NCBI GenBank assembly: GCA_026414605.1
Contig: JAOAIP010000019.1
Span: 5,242-69,241, forward strand
Direction: 5' to 3'
Origin: Bacteroidia bacterium
GTDB lineage: Bacteria; Bacteroidota; Bacteroidia; B-17B0; Aurantibacillaceae
DNA: 64,000 nucleotides
The translations under genes and the position numbers were made by a program. How positions within the stretch are numbered: position 1 is the first letter of the stretch; every line of letters starts with the position of its first letter. Positions 1 to 10,080 of this stretch are shown piece after piece. The notes beneath the pieces were generated by a model that had not been told where the DNA came from, did no database searches, and saw nothing but the letters and a program-made list of their open reading frames with translations.

Positions 1-335
1 GTTATTAGAATTTGTTTTTGGCGATACTTAATCAATGCTTGATTTGAAATTGTTTTGGAAATAGAAGCAATACCTTGTTTTTTAGATAAAATAGAAAAAA
101 TACTATCAGGATTAAAGTATTTGCCTTGCGCAGGAAGTATTTTTAAATCGGGCTCAATAGAATTGTATAAATTACTTACTACTGAAGTAAAACCATTCAT
201 CACAGACACAATAATGATAAAAGCCGCCGTAGTAAAGGATATAGCCAATACACTAATCCAACTAATGATGTTGATGATGTTATTAGATTTTTTTGAAAAT
301 AAGTAGCGAAAAGATAATAATCTTATTAACCTCAC
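1..335 (-). CDS. LolC/LolE (FtsX-like) lipoprotein-release ABC permease, 5' part; runs off the left edge
   Basis: Not in the ORF track. The minus strand reads from GTG at 335 (GTGA overlap with the rbfA stop): MRLIRLLSFRYLFSKKSNNIINIISWISVLAISFTTAAFIIIVSVMNGF, the typical LolC/E N-terminus. Confidence 0.85.
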   Translation of the reverse strand, partial: MRLIRLLSFRYLFSKKSNNIINIISWISVLAISFTTAAFIIIVSVMNGFTSVVSNLYNSIEPDLKILPAQGKYFNPDSIFSILSKKQGIASISKTISNQALIKYRQKQILI

Positions 336-685
336 TTTTTTGTGTTTTTTAATAACTGTTCAATCCTTTCGGCAATATCCAAACTTTCATCAAAATAAAA
401 TTTTAATTCGGGAATTTTGCGCAGTTTTTTTGCGAGTTTGTCGCCCACATATTTTCGTATTTTTTTATTGTTTTCCTCAATCATTTGAAAAACGGTTTTC
501 CTGTCATATTTTTCTGAAGGCAATATACTCACATAAATTTTTGCAATAGATAAATCAGCTGTTACTTTTACTTCTGATATATTAATGAATGCGCCTAAAT
601 AATCTATTGAAGCGTGAAACAAAAAATACTCGGCAACGGTGGCTTGAACAAGTTCTGCTACTTTTTTTTGCTTGATACTTTCCAT
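332..685 (-). CDS. rbfA: 30S ribosome-binding factor A
   Basis: MES..QKKVA, EVKVTADLSIAKIYVS and LRKIPELKFYFDESLD motifs. Confidence 0.95.
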   Translation of the reverse strand: MESIKQKKVAELVQATVAEYFLFHASIDYLGAFINISEVKVTADLSIAKIYVSILPSEKYDRKTVFQMIEENNKKIRKYVGDKLAKKLRKIPELKFYFDESLDIAERIEQLLKNTKK

Positions 686-820
686 AATTTTTTATTTGAG
701 CAAATTTACAACAAATAATGGGATTGATTAAATTAAAAATGAATAATTACTCAAATATATCTTATCATCAAATGGGCTTTTCATTTAAATGTAAATACGG
801 TTCAAATAATAAAATAAATT

Positions 821-859
821 TTTCTTCAAAATTTCTTCAAAATCAAATGTTTATTTTTG
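821..859 (+). promoter_or_regulatory. 11-bp direct repeat (candidate OmpR-type binding site) plus Bacteroidota -7 element
   Basis: TTTCTTCAAAA twice (821-831, 832-842), then TATTTTTG (852-859) just before ATG 865. Confidence 0.6.
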
Positions 860-864
860 ACCCT

Positions 865-1542
865 ATGAAAATATTAGTTATTGAAGATGAAAAAGAATTA
901 GCCGAAAGCATTATTTCTTATTTTTCCGGAAATGGCTTTGTCTGCGAATGGGCAAAAAACACGGAATCTGCCATTGAAAAAATTATATGTTTTGAATACG
1001 ATTGTATTTTGCTGGACTTGATGTTACCCGATGGAAACGGATTCAAGATATTAGAAGAATTGAAAAAAGAAAACAAAAACGATGGTGTAATTATCATCTC
1101 TGCCAAAGATACATTGGATACAAAAATTGAAGGTCTGCAACTCGGAGCAGATGATTATCTTGCAAAACCCTTTCATTTATCAGAACTGCTGGCGAGAGTG
1201 CAGGCATTATTACGAAGAAAAAAATTTAAAGGAAATAACATTGTTGTTTTTAATGAAATTCAGATAGATGTTTTATCCAAGGAAGTAAAAGTAAATAATA
1301 CAAAAATTGAACTTACTAAAAAAGAATTGAATTTATTGTTATATTTGATTAGTAATGAAAATAAAGTGCTTTCCAAAAATGCTATAGCAGAACATTTATC
1401 AGGAGATATGGCAGATATGCTGGATAATCACGACTTTGTTTATACACACATTAAAAATCTGAAGAACAAATTAAAAAACGCCGGATCCGGAAATTATATT
1501 AAAACAATTTATGGAATTGGATATAAATGGCAGAATGAATAA
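865..1542 (+). CDS. OmpR/PhoB-family response regulator
   Basis: MKILVIEDE, LLDLMLP, GADDYLAKPF and a C-terminal IKTIYGIGY wHTH. Start moved from 718 to ATG 865. Confidence 0.95.
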   Translation: MKILVIEDEKELAESIISYFSGNGFVCEWAKNTESAIEKIICFEYDCILLDLMLPDGNGFKILEELKKENKNDGVIIISAKDTLDTKIEGLQLGADDYLAKPFHLSELLARVQALLRRKKFKGNNIVVFNEIQIDVLSKEVKVNNTKIELTKKELNLLLYLISNENKVLSKNAIAEHLSGDMADMLDNHDFVYTHIKNLKNKLKNAGSGNYIKTIYGIGYKWQNE

Positions 1543-2800
1543 AAGTTTATTACATACGGTATTAAAGACCTACCTTATTGCTGTTATTGTTGTGTTTATT
1601 ATTGTCGCCCCATTTTTTTATTTTAGTTTAAAAAAATTATATCTTGATGATGTAGATGAAGCATTACTGCTTCGTAAAAAAGAATTTATGATAAAACAAC
1701 TCCCCTATTTAAATCAAAAAGATATTGTCTTATGGAATAAATTTAACAGAGAAAGCAAGATATTTCCAAACGAACGATTAAAGAAGGACTCATTGTTCTT
1801 TAAATATTATTATGACAGTTTAGATCACGAAGAAGAACCCTACAGAGAAATTAATGTACCCATAGTAATAAACAATAAGCCCTATATTTATTCAGATAAA
1901 ATGAATTTAGTTGAGTCGGAAGATTTGATTGAAAGTATAACTATACTCTTTTTAATAACCCTGATTCTTCTATTAATAACATTATTTTTTGTAACAAAGA
2001 AAGTGGCATTGGTTATCTGGAAACCTTTTTATAACACACTCCAACAAATTGAAAAATTTGAAATTGATAAAATGAACTATCCAACTTTTTCCGATACAGA
2101 TATTCAGGAATTTGTAAGATTAAATCAAAGTATCCTCAAACTGATAGAGAAGAATGTAGCCATCTATCAACAACAAAAAGAATTTGTAGAAAATGCTTCT
2201 CACGAATTACAAACCCCTGTGGCTGTTATTCAGGCAAAAATGGATACCCTTCTTCAAAGCGGCGATTTTAGCAAGAAACAATATGAAATAATAACATCTA
2301 TAAATGAAAACATTGCCCGTCTGACTCGTTTAAATAAAAATCTGCTGCTTTTATCCAAAATAGAAAACCATTTTTATTCCGATAAACAACGTATCAACTT
2401 AAATGACCTGATAAAAAAACAACTGGATTTTTTTATTGAACAAGCAGAGTCAAAAGATATAAGCATAATAACAGAACTCAATGAAAATGTGAATGTTTTT
2501 TCAAATTACACACTTGTTGAAATCCTTATCAGCAATCTTATTTTAAATGCTATTCAACACAACATACCACAGGGAAAAATTATTATTAAACTTACTCAAA
2601 AAAATTTTATTGTAGCAAACAGTGGAAAAACTCAACCTATCCCACAAGAAAAAGTATTTCTACGTTTTTCAAAAACAGATCCCTCTGCCAAAGGAAATGG
2701 CTTGGGATTAGCCATTATCAAAAAAATTACTGAACTTAATAACTGGCAAATAACCTATTCGTTTTCTGAAAATTTGCATTTTTTTACAGTATTGTTTTAA
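1535..2800 (+). CDS. Sensor histidine kinase (HisKA + HATPase)
   Basis: Two TM segments, H-box ENASHELQTP, N-box NLILNAIQHN, G2 GNGLGLAI; overlaps the regulator stop. Confidence 0.95.
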   Translation: MNKSLLHTVLKTYLIAVIVVFIIVAPFFYFSLKKLYLDDVDEALLLRKKEFMIKQLPYLNQKDIVLWNKFNRESKIFPNERLKKDSLFFKYYYDSLDHEEEPYREINVPIVINNKPYIYSDKMNLVESEDLIESITILFLITLILLLITLFFVTKKVALVIWKPFYNTLQQIEKFEIDKMNYPTFSDTDIQEFVRLNQSILKLIEKNVAIYQQQKEFVENASHELQTPVAVIQAKMDTLLQSGDFSKKQYEIITSINENIARLTRLNKNLLLLSKIENHFYSDKQRINLNDLIKKQLDFFIEQAESKDISIITELNENVNVFSNYTLVEILISNLILNAIQHNIPQGKIIIKLTQKNFIVANSGKTQPIPQEKVFLRFSKTDPSAKGNGLGLAIIKKITELNNWQITYSFSENLHFFTVLF

Positions 2801-2837
2801 AAATTCAGAATTTCTCCAAAATTGTATAATACCTTTG
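2800..2837 (+). promoter_or_regulatory. Second copy of the 11-bp tandem site plus -7 element
   Basis: AAAATTCAGAA-TTTCTCCAAAA (2800-2821), then TACCTTTG (2830-2837). Confidence 0.55.
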
Positions 2838-2857
2838 TAGCATAAAATTTAAAAACT

Positions 2858-3286
2858 ATGAAACGTGTAAAACTCGTAGCAGCCGCAGCGATGATAACTT
2901 CGCTTGCCTGGGCTCAAAAAATCAATGAAAAAGAAGTTCCCATTGCGGTAAAAAATGCACTTCATCAGAAGTATCCAGATGCAAAGGAAGTAAAGTGGGA
3001 AAAAGAGAATCAGTACATTGAAGCGGAATTTGACGTGAAAAAAGCGGACGTCTCTGTTTTATTTGATGACCAAGGTAACATTATTGAAACAGAGCAGGAA
3101 ATTGAAATCAACGAACTTCCCAAAGGAGTAGTTGACTACGTCAAATCGCATTACAAACAAAACATCAAGGAAGCCGCTAAAATTACAGATGCAAAAGGAA
3201 CGGTTACTTATGAAGCAGAAATCAAAGGAATGGATTTGATTTTTGACAGCAACGGAAAATTCCTAAAAGAAATTAAAGAGAAATAA
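2858..3286 (+). CDS. Periplasmic PepSY-like (BLIP-like, DUF2874-type) protein
   Basis: Signal peptide and two repeats of the form P..V......YP.A....WE....YEAE......V.FD..G. Confidence 0.85.
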   Translation: MKRVKLVAAAAMITSLAWAQKINEKEVPIAVKNALHQKYPDAKEVKWEKENQYIEAEFDVKKADVSVLFDDQGNIIETEQEIEINELPKGVVDYVKSHYKQNIKEAAKITDAKGTVTYEAEIKGMDLIFDSNGKFLKEIKEK

Positions 3287-3317
3287 AGGAACTTCTTATA
3301 TTTCATAATTATAGTCA

Positions 3318-3403
3318 GGATACCTTGTTGTGGGTTGGTTAAGGTGGTTATGTAATACATAACAATACACTTTATTTAACCCCGCAAGGTATTCTTTTTT
3401 TTT
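3318..3403 (+). terminator. Long imperfect RNA hairpin with a T9 tract (terminator/attenuator)
   Basis: GGATACCTTG..GGGTT..TAAGGTG.GTTATGTA pairs with TACATAAC..CACTTTA..AACCC..CAAGGTATTC, followed by 9 T. Confidence 0.6.
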
Positions 3404-3445
3404 ATTTGTAATAACAAGCATTCAAATTAAAACATTAATAATCTA

Positions 3446-4744
3446 ATGAAGTATCCTTTTTTAATATTGATTTTTTCATTTCTTGTCAGAGCACAAAACA
3501 ATCTTCAATTTTATTTGGAAGCAGCAGAAAAAAACAGTGCACTCATTAATGATTACAAAAATCAAACAAACGCCAATGAATTAGAAATAATAAAATTAAA
3601 ATCTTTGTATTTAAAACCACAGATAAATATTTTAGTCAATTATCTTTTATCACCAGTTATAGGAAAAGTTGATAACCAATACCGTTTGGAGGTAAATTCA
3701 AGTGGAAATAAATTTGAAACATCGGCAAATGGCATAAGTAATTATTATGGATATGATTTAGCATATTCTAACGGAGGACAATATCAAGCGATGATACATT
3801 TGATTCAACCGATATTCAATAAGCAAAGATACTTGTCGGCAATAGATCCACTTTTAATTTCTAATCAAATAAACCAAAATAATATCAAACTGACAAAACA
3901 CGATTTACAAAAAATAATAACCGACCAATACATATTATGTTATCAAGACAAACTTCAAATTAATTTCACAGAATCTATACTAAAAGTCATCGAAGAACAA
4001 AAAAACATTTTAAACGAATTAGTAAAAAATGGAATTTATAAAAAATCTGATAGAATATTATTAGAGATTGAATCTCAAAATTATTTATCACAAATAAATT
4101 TATACAAATCCTACTATAAAAGGGATTTACTTGACTTAAATATATTATGTGGAATAAATGATACAAGCGGTGTAGAAATAGAAAATCCGCAATTATCTTT
4201 AAATACCTTTTCCGGAGAATCCAATTTTTTACAAAAATATAAATTAGATAGTTTAAGTTTAGTAGCCCAACAAAAAGTGTTTGAAATCAAATATAAACCA
4301 CAAATAAATTTTTTTGCAAATACAGGATTGAATGCTGTTTATGCACCCACAATACCGCAAAGATTAGGAATGAGTGCAGGAATAAATTTTACATACAATT
4401 TATATGACGGAAAACAAAAAAGAACAAATGAAACAAAAACAAAAATTTTAAATACAACAATATCGTATTACAAAGAATTTTTTATCACACAAAATAATGT
4501 TCGTAAAGCAAAGGTGCTCTCTGAATTAAAATCAATTACAGAAAGAATATCTATCCTTCAAAAACAATTACAGGAATATGATGAATTATTAAATGTATAC
4601 AAAAAAGAAATTTTATCAGGACAAATGTCTATTATCAATTATATTAACATAATTAAAAACCTAATCTCATTACAAAAAGATTATGCTGTTTTAATAACAC
4701 AAAGATTTTATCTTATAAATACTTTTAATTATTGGAACTGGTAA
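3446..4744 (+). CDS. TolC-family outer membrane efflux protein
   Basis: Signal peptide, helical repeats, KPQINF...G....YNLYDG motif; first gene of a tripartite operon. Confidence 0.85.
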   Translation: MKYPFLILIFSFLVRAQNNLQFYLEAAEKNSALINDYKNQTNANELEIIKLKSLYLKPQINILVNYLLSPVIGKVDNQYRLEVNSSGNKFETSANGISNYYGYDLAYSNGGQYQAMIHLIQPIFNKQRYLSAIDPLLISNQINQNNIKLTKHDLQKIITDQYILCYQDKLQINFTESILKVIEEQKNILNELVKNGIYKKSDRILLEIESQNYLSQINLYKSYYKRDLLDLNILCGINDTSGVEIENPQLSLNTFSGESNFLQKYKLDSLSLVAQQKVFEIKYKPQINFFANTGLNAVYAPTIPQRLGMSAGINFTYNLYDGKQKRTNETKTKILNTTISYYKEFFITQNNVRKAKVLSELKSITERISILQKQLQEYDELLNVYKKEILSGQMSIINYINIIKNLISLQKDYAVLITQRFYLINTFNYWNW

Positions 4745-4753
4745 ATAAAGTAT

Positions 4754-5677
4754 ATGAAACAAATAAATCATTTTATAGTAGTGTTTCTCTTTTTTGTTTC
4801 TTGCAAAAGTACCACAGAAAACACAGAAATAATTATAACGCCTAAAACTCCTGTTGAAGTCGTGAATATACAAACAGGAACTATAAATCAGGATATAGTT
4901 GTATATGGTACAACACAATATCTGAAAAGAAATATCATAACCTCGCCCATCCCTGCGTTTATAAGAGAAGTAAACATTAAGTTAGGTGATAAAATCAATA
5001 AAGGAGATGTATTATATGTTCTTCAATCAAAAGAAAGTAAAGCGGTAGCAAATAATATCAGTCAAATAGATTCAACTTTAAAAAATTTTGGAATTATAAA
5101 AATTACAGCGCCCTCATCAGGTATTATTACCACATTTGATAAGCAGCAGGTCGGAGATTATGTATTAGAAGGCACACAATTATGCACAATTGCTGAAAGC
5201 AAAGATCTTTTAGTACAGGTAAATGTTCCGTATGAATATACACACGATATAAAATTAGGTAGTTCGTGTTTTATTTCTTTACCTGATAGCACTACCTATT
5301 TGGCTACACTTACTCAATCATTAGCCACAATGAATTCAACCGTTCAAACACAATTGTTTTTTGCACAATTTATACAGCCGATATTGATACCAGAAGGTAT
5401 GAATGTTTTGGTAAAATTTAAGAAACCTTCAATATCGGTTCAACAAATTTTACCCAAATCCTGCGTATTAAGCGATGAAATGATGAAAGAATTTTGGATT
5501 ATGAAGTTAGTAACTGACACCATAGCAATAAAAGTTCCTGTTCAGGTCGGAAAATCAAATTCTGAATTTATTGAAATACTCGCTCCTAAATTTAATAAAG
5601 AAGATAAAATTATTTCAAATGGTAATTACGGATTATCTGATACGGCGTATGTTTATATTTTAAATAATAAAAAATGA
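4754..5677 (+). CDS. RND efflux periplasmic adaptor (lipoprotein)
   Basis: Lipobox FVSC; lipoyl half-motifs GDKINKGDVL and ITAPSSGII...GDYVLEG. Confidence 0.9.
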   Translation: MKQINHFIVVFLFFVSCKSTTENTEIIITPKTPVEVVNIQTGTINQDIVVYGTTQYLKRNIITSPIPAFIREVNIKLGDKINKGDVLYVLQSKESKAVANNISQIDSTLKNFGIIKITAPSSGIITTFDKQQVGDYVLEGTQLCTIAESKDLLVQVNVPYEYTHDIKLGSSCFISLPDSTTYLATLTQSLATMNSTVQTQLFFAQFIQPILIPEGMNVLVKFKKPSISVQQILPKSCVLSDEMMKEFWIMKLVTDTIAIKVPVQVGKSNSEFIEILAPKFNKEDKIISNGNYGLSDTAYVYILNNKK

Positions 5678-8600
5678 TAACACAAAATTTTTTTGTTACA
5701 TTTAAAAAACCAATACTTTTTCTCAGCATCACACTTTTATTATTTGGTATTTACTCTTACACCAAGATGGAAACTAATCTTTTTCCTGAAGTGTTGTTTC
5801 CGAGAGTAACTTTAATAGCCGATGCAGGACAGCAACCTATTGACCGCGTGATGATAACAATTACAAAACCCATTGAAAGTGCAGTGAAAAAAGTAAAAGG
5901 TGTAAGAGTGGTCAAAAGTACCACAAGCAGAGGAAATACAGTAGTAGATGTGTTTTTTGAATGGGGGACAGATGTCTATCAAGCAAAACTACAAATTGAA
6001 AGCCGCATTAATGAGATTAAAAATTTTTTACCGCCGGGCGTTAATATCGCTATTGAATCTATGAATCAAAGCACCTTCCCGGTTTTCGGATTTACCCTTG
6101 AATGCAAAAATCATAGTTTAGTGGCTTTAAGAGACAAAGCCAATCTTATAATCCGACCTATGTTTTCTCAGGTAAAAGGTGTATCCAATGTGGTGGTTAG
6201 AGGAGGAAAAAACAAAGAATTTGTGATAGTTCCGGATGTAAATAAAATGGCGACTTTAAAAATTACTCTCAATTCGATTATTAATGTATTTAACAACACA
6301 AACTTTGTAACTTCAAATGGATTCTTAAACAACCACCATCGCCTTTATCTTTCATTAGTAGATTCAAGAATTATGAACATTAGCGATCTTGAAAATACAG
6401 TCATAAAAAATGACGGGATACGTCTGATTAAATTAAAAGATATTGCAAGAGTTACTTTAAAAGAACAGATAGAATTTATTGTAGTTAATGCTAATGGACA
6501 CGAATCTGTACTTATTGATATTATTAAACAGCCCGGAATAAACTTAATAGAGTTTGCAAAAGAATGTGCACAAAAAGCAGAAGAGATTCAAAAACAACTA
6601 CCCAAAGGCATGGTTTTGAAACCGTATTATAATCAGGCATCTTTTGTAGGAGAAAGTATAAACAGTGTTATCCGAACAATTTATGAGGGACTTATTTTAT
6701 CTGTAATTGTGATGATCCTTTTTCTTAAGTCATGGAGAGCAAGTTTAGTCGTTATTCTTACAATTCCAATCACGCTTGGTTTTACTATTTTAGTTCTATA
6801 TTTATTTGGAATTTCAATAAACATAATGTCTTTGGGGGCTATTGCTGCATCTATCGGGCTCATTATAGATGATGCCATTGTTATTATAGAACAAATCTAC
6901 CGAAAACATGAAGATATACCGAATATCTCAACAGAAAGAGCGGTTAAAGAATCTATACATGAATTATTTCCAGCAATGATAGGATCTTCACTTACTACTA
7001 TTGTTATTCATTTTCCTTTCAGATTACTCAGTGGATTGGCGGGCAGTTTCTTTAAAGAACTTTCTGATACTATGCAACTCACAATGGTTACTTCCTTTTT
7101 AGTTACCTGGTTGCTATTACCGGTTTTGCATATTGTTATTGGCTATAAGCAAAAAATACATCACAAGCACTTAAAAACCAATCAACAAATTAAAAAATTA
7201 AAATGGTTAACCTGGTTTTTTAATAAGCCCTATTTTGCAATAATATTTATCGTTTTATTAGGAACTTTGGCATGGAATTCTTTTAATAAGTTAGAGACAG
7301 GATTTTTGCCTGATTTGGATGAAGGTACCATCGTGCTGGATTATTTTATGCCACCAGGAACATCTGTAAGCGAAACCAACAGAGTATTATCCGAAGTAGA
7401 TAAAATAATACTTTCTCATCCTGAAGTAGAAACCTACACAAGAAGAACAGGTATCAGAATGGCTTTTAATACAGTACCTCCCAATTTCGGAGATTATTTA
7501 ATACAATTAAAACCAAATAGAACCAAAAAAACAACAGAAGTCATTGAGGATTTACGAAAAAAAATTACTGCTACATATCCTGTATTACATGTTAGTTTTG
7601 GTCAAAGAATAAGCGATTTGTTAGGCGATTTAATGAGTACACCTCAACCGATAGAAATAAAAATTTTTGGAGAAGATTACAATCGTCTGCAAAACATATC
7701 CAAAGAAGCAGAAAAAGTGATAAGTAATATAAACGGAATAGTGGATGTGGATAATGGATTAAGAATTGCCGGTCCTTATGTTCAGTTTATTCCCAATCAA
7801 GAAATGCTGAGCAGATATAAATTAACTCCTGTAGATTTATTGACACAAACTTCTGTTTATATTGGTGGCTTGCCTTTGGGTATAAATGCCAATCAACCAA
7901 CGCCCTCTCCCGCACAAGCCGCCTTAACATCCGGTATTCAGGTTGGACAAATACAAGACGGAGAACAAATGCGAAAATTAATAATACGATTATCAGATAT
8001 TGATAATATTAATTTAGAAAACATAAAAAACTTGCCGATCTTTCTGCCAGACGGATCAACCTTACCACTCCATATATTTTGTGAAATAAAAATACTTTCT
8101 GGAGAAGCAGAACAAAAAAGAGAAAATCTAAAATCTTGTGTGATACTTACCGCAAGGTTAAATAATAAAGATTTAGGCAGTGCTATTCAAGAAATCCAAA
8201 AGAACTTAAATGAAAAAATTTCTTTACCAAAAGGGTATTTCTTTAACTTTGGTGGATCTTATGCAGAACAACAACAATCTTTCAATGAACTTATGTTGGT
8301 ATTGATTATGGCGTCTTTGTTTGTTTTAGGAGTGCTCATTTTCTTGTTTAAAGAATGGTTACTTGCTTTGCTGATATTGTTTGTTGCATTAATTGGCATA
8401 TTAGGAAGCATCATTTTTTTGTATATTTTTAATATCCCTTTAAATGTCAGCAGTTATACAGGAATAATTATGATTGTTGGGATTTTATCAGAAAATGCTA
8501 TCTTTACTGTTGCTCAATTTAAACAAAATTTTCAAAAAACAAAAAATCTGATAGAATCTATAAGTTATGCCATCGCTTTACGAATAAGACCAAAACTTAT

Positions 8601-8784
8601 GACTGCTATTGGTGCCATTTTGGCTTTATTACCATTAGCACTTGGTATTGGGTTTGGTGCTCAAATGCAGCAAGCATTGGCTATTGCTGTCATTGGAGGT
8701 TTTGTTGTTGGATTGCCTACACTTTTGTTGATATTCCCAAGTTTGTTATATCTGCTTTATAAGTATAAAAAAACATCTGTGTGA
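5674..8784 (+). CDS. RND efflux permease (AcrB/CusA superfamily)
   Basis: 1036 aa; TM4 SIGLIIDDAIVIIE, FLPDLDEG, RIRPKLMT, QALAIAVIGG. Confidence 0.95.
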   Translation: MITQNFFVTFKKPILFLSITLLLFGIYSYTKMETNLFPEVLFPRVTLIADAGQQPIDRVMITITKPIESAVKKVKGVRVVKSTTSRGNTVVDVFFEWGTDVYQAKLQIESRINEIKNFLPPGVNIAIESMNQSTFPVFGFTLECKNHSLVALRDKANLIIRPMFSQVKGVSNVVVRGGKNKEFVIVPDVNKMATLKITLNSIINVFNNTNFVTSNGFLNNHHRLYLSLVDSRIMNISDLENTVIKNDGIRLIKLKDIARVTLKEQIEFIVVNANGHESVLIDIIKQPGINLIEFAKECAQKAEEIQKQLPKGMVLKPYYNQASFVGESINSVIRTIYEGLILSVIVMILFLKSWRASLVVILTIPITLGFTILVLYLFGISINIMSLGAIAASIGLIIDDAIVIIEQIYRKHEDIPNISTERAVKESIHELFPAMIGSSLTTIVIHFPFRLLSGLAGSFFKELSDTMQLTMVTSFLVTWLLLPVLHIVIGYKQKIHHKHLKTNQQIKKLKWLTWFFNKPYFAIIFIVLLGTLAWNSFNKLETGFLPDLDEGTIVLDYFMPPGTSVSETNRVLSEVDKIILSHPEVETYTRRTGIRMAFNTVPPNFGDYLIQLKPNRTKKTTEVIEDLRKKITATYPVLHVSFGQRISDLLGDLMSTPQPIEIKIFGEDYNRLQNISKEAEKVISNINGIVDVDNGLRIAGPYVQFIPNQEMLSRYKLTPVDLLTQTSVYIGGLPLGINANQPTPSPAQAALTSGIQVGQIQDGEQMRKLIIRLSDIDNINLENIKNLPIFLPDGSTLPLHIFCEIKILSGEAEQKRENLKSCVILTARLNNKDLGSAIQEIQKNLNEKISLPKGYFFNFGGSYAEQQQSFNELMLVLIMASLFVLGVLIFLFKEWLLALLILFVALIGILGSIIFLYIFNIPLNVSSYTGIIMIVGILSENAIFTVAQFKQNFQKTKNLIESISYAIALRIRPKLMTAIGAILALLPLALGIGFGAQMQQALAIAVIGGFVVGLPTLLLIFPSLLYLLYKYKKTSV

Positions 8785-8825
8785 ATATCTATTGATTCAA
8801 AATGATTTAAAAAATATAGTACCAA

Positions 8826-9938
8826 TCAGTGTATTCCTATTCTATAACCAATTCCTGCTTCAATATGATATGCTACGGCAAAATGGGTTTTTAATGAAAA
8901 GTGAGCCACTACATTGTTTTTAAAATAATAACGACAACCAAGACGATGATATAATCTACCGTTTGGAAATTCTTGTGAAGGAGTATACAAATAATAGCCC
9001 ATTTCTAAGATAGGTGTTAAGCGACCAAAATTGTATGCATAACAAAATTTTAGCCCCGTGCTAAATGTTGAGTGAAAATCAAAATGAACTGCATCTGTAT
9101 CACTTTTTCGTAATTCATACGGCAAACTTTGTTCGTAAAATGCATCTATACCTGCCCCCAATTGTTGATTTTGATGGATATTAAAATAATAATTAGCCCC
9201 CACTGTAAGAGCCCAAAGTTTATTGCCCGTTGGAGGTTCTACTTCATTCACACCTATGCCTGTAAAAAATAATAATTCGTGTTTTGTTTTTTTATCTGAT
9301 GTAGAGTCCTGAACAACAGAATAACGTTGAGTTTCTTTCCATTTGTAAGTGATGCCTATAGAGGGATACAAAGTGTTTATGCCTAAGTTAGGAACAGCAA
9401 AACGACAATTACTCACGTGAATAAATGTGATGTTGGGATTAAGATAAAGATGAGGAGAAATTCGCATTTGCCATAAGAAGCGAAATTGAATAAAGGTGTT
9501 CAAATGTGTACCAATGGCGATGTTTTTATGATTGGTTTCGGTATCATAAGGTTTAGTAATGTAAGCCAATCCCCAAGCCATTTTAAGTTTAAATAAGATA
9601 GATTTTTCTTTGTGTGTAAAAGGAAATTCTAAATAGGGAGCCACTGCAATACTACTGCCTATTTTTTCTTTGTTTCCAAGTGTTTCAAAGTTTAAACACA
9701 AACCATAATCGGGAAAATGATTTATCCGATGCCATTTGTAGTATCCTGAAGATGGTCGAAATAAATTAAGTTCTACAAAAAAAGGACGTTCTGCGATGAG
9801 ATTACCAATTTTTGATGAATGTTGAACAACAGAACCATATCCGCCATAGATAGAAAGAGAAGTAAAACCTTGCTGAGCAATACTTGTCATTCCTACAAGG
9901 CATAGGAAAGAAAGAAGTATGTGTTTTATGTGGAACAT
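8826..9938 (-). CDS. Outer-membrane beta-barrel, PagL-like 'acyloxyacyl hydrolase' family
   Basis: Signal peptide, NHKNIAIGT, HVSN...PNLGIN, LKTHFAVA..IEAGIGY terminal strand. Confidence 0.8.
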   Translation of the reverse strand: MFHIKHILLSFLCLVGMTSIAQQGFTSLSIYGGYGSVVQHSSKIGNLIAERPFFVELNLFRPSSGYYKWHRINHFPDYGLCLNFETLGNKEKIGSSIAVAPYLEFPFTHKEKSILFKLKMAWGLAYITKPYDTETNHKNIAIGTHLNTFIQFRFLWQMRISPHLYLNPNITFIHVSNCRFAVPNLGINTLYPSIGITYKWKETQRYSVVQDSTSDKKTKHELLFFTGIGVNEVEPPTGNKLWALTVGANYYFNIHQNQQLGAGIDAFYEQSLPYELRKSDTDAVHFDFHSTFSTGLKFCYAYNFGRLTPILEMGYYLYTPSQEFPNGRLYHRLGCRYYFKNNVVAHFSLKTHFAVAYHIEAGIGYRIGIH

Positions 9939-9978
9939 AGTATATCATTTAGTGGAAAGTTATACTCACCCCCTTTTA

Positions 9979-10079
9979 TTAGTAGAAAGTGAAAAGTTTT
10001 AGGTCACTATAACTCTAAATCTCTAAATTGAAAAAGTATTTTCATTACTTTCAACTTTTCACTTTCAACTTTTAACTAA
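9979..10079. repeat. Inverted heptamer (NNAAAGT)n array element, copy 1
   Basis: TTAGT-AGAAAGT-GAAAAGT ... ACTTTCA-ACTTTTC-ACTTTCA-ACTTTTA-ACTAA. Confidence 0.75.
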
Positions 10080-10080
10080 A

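Noticed and set aside
55..306. 83-aa plus-strand ORF from the track
   Set aside because: It is the antisense shadow of the LolC/E-like gene on the minus strand.
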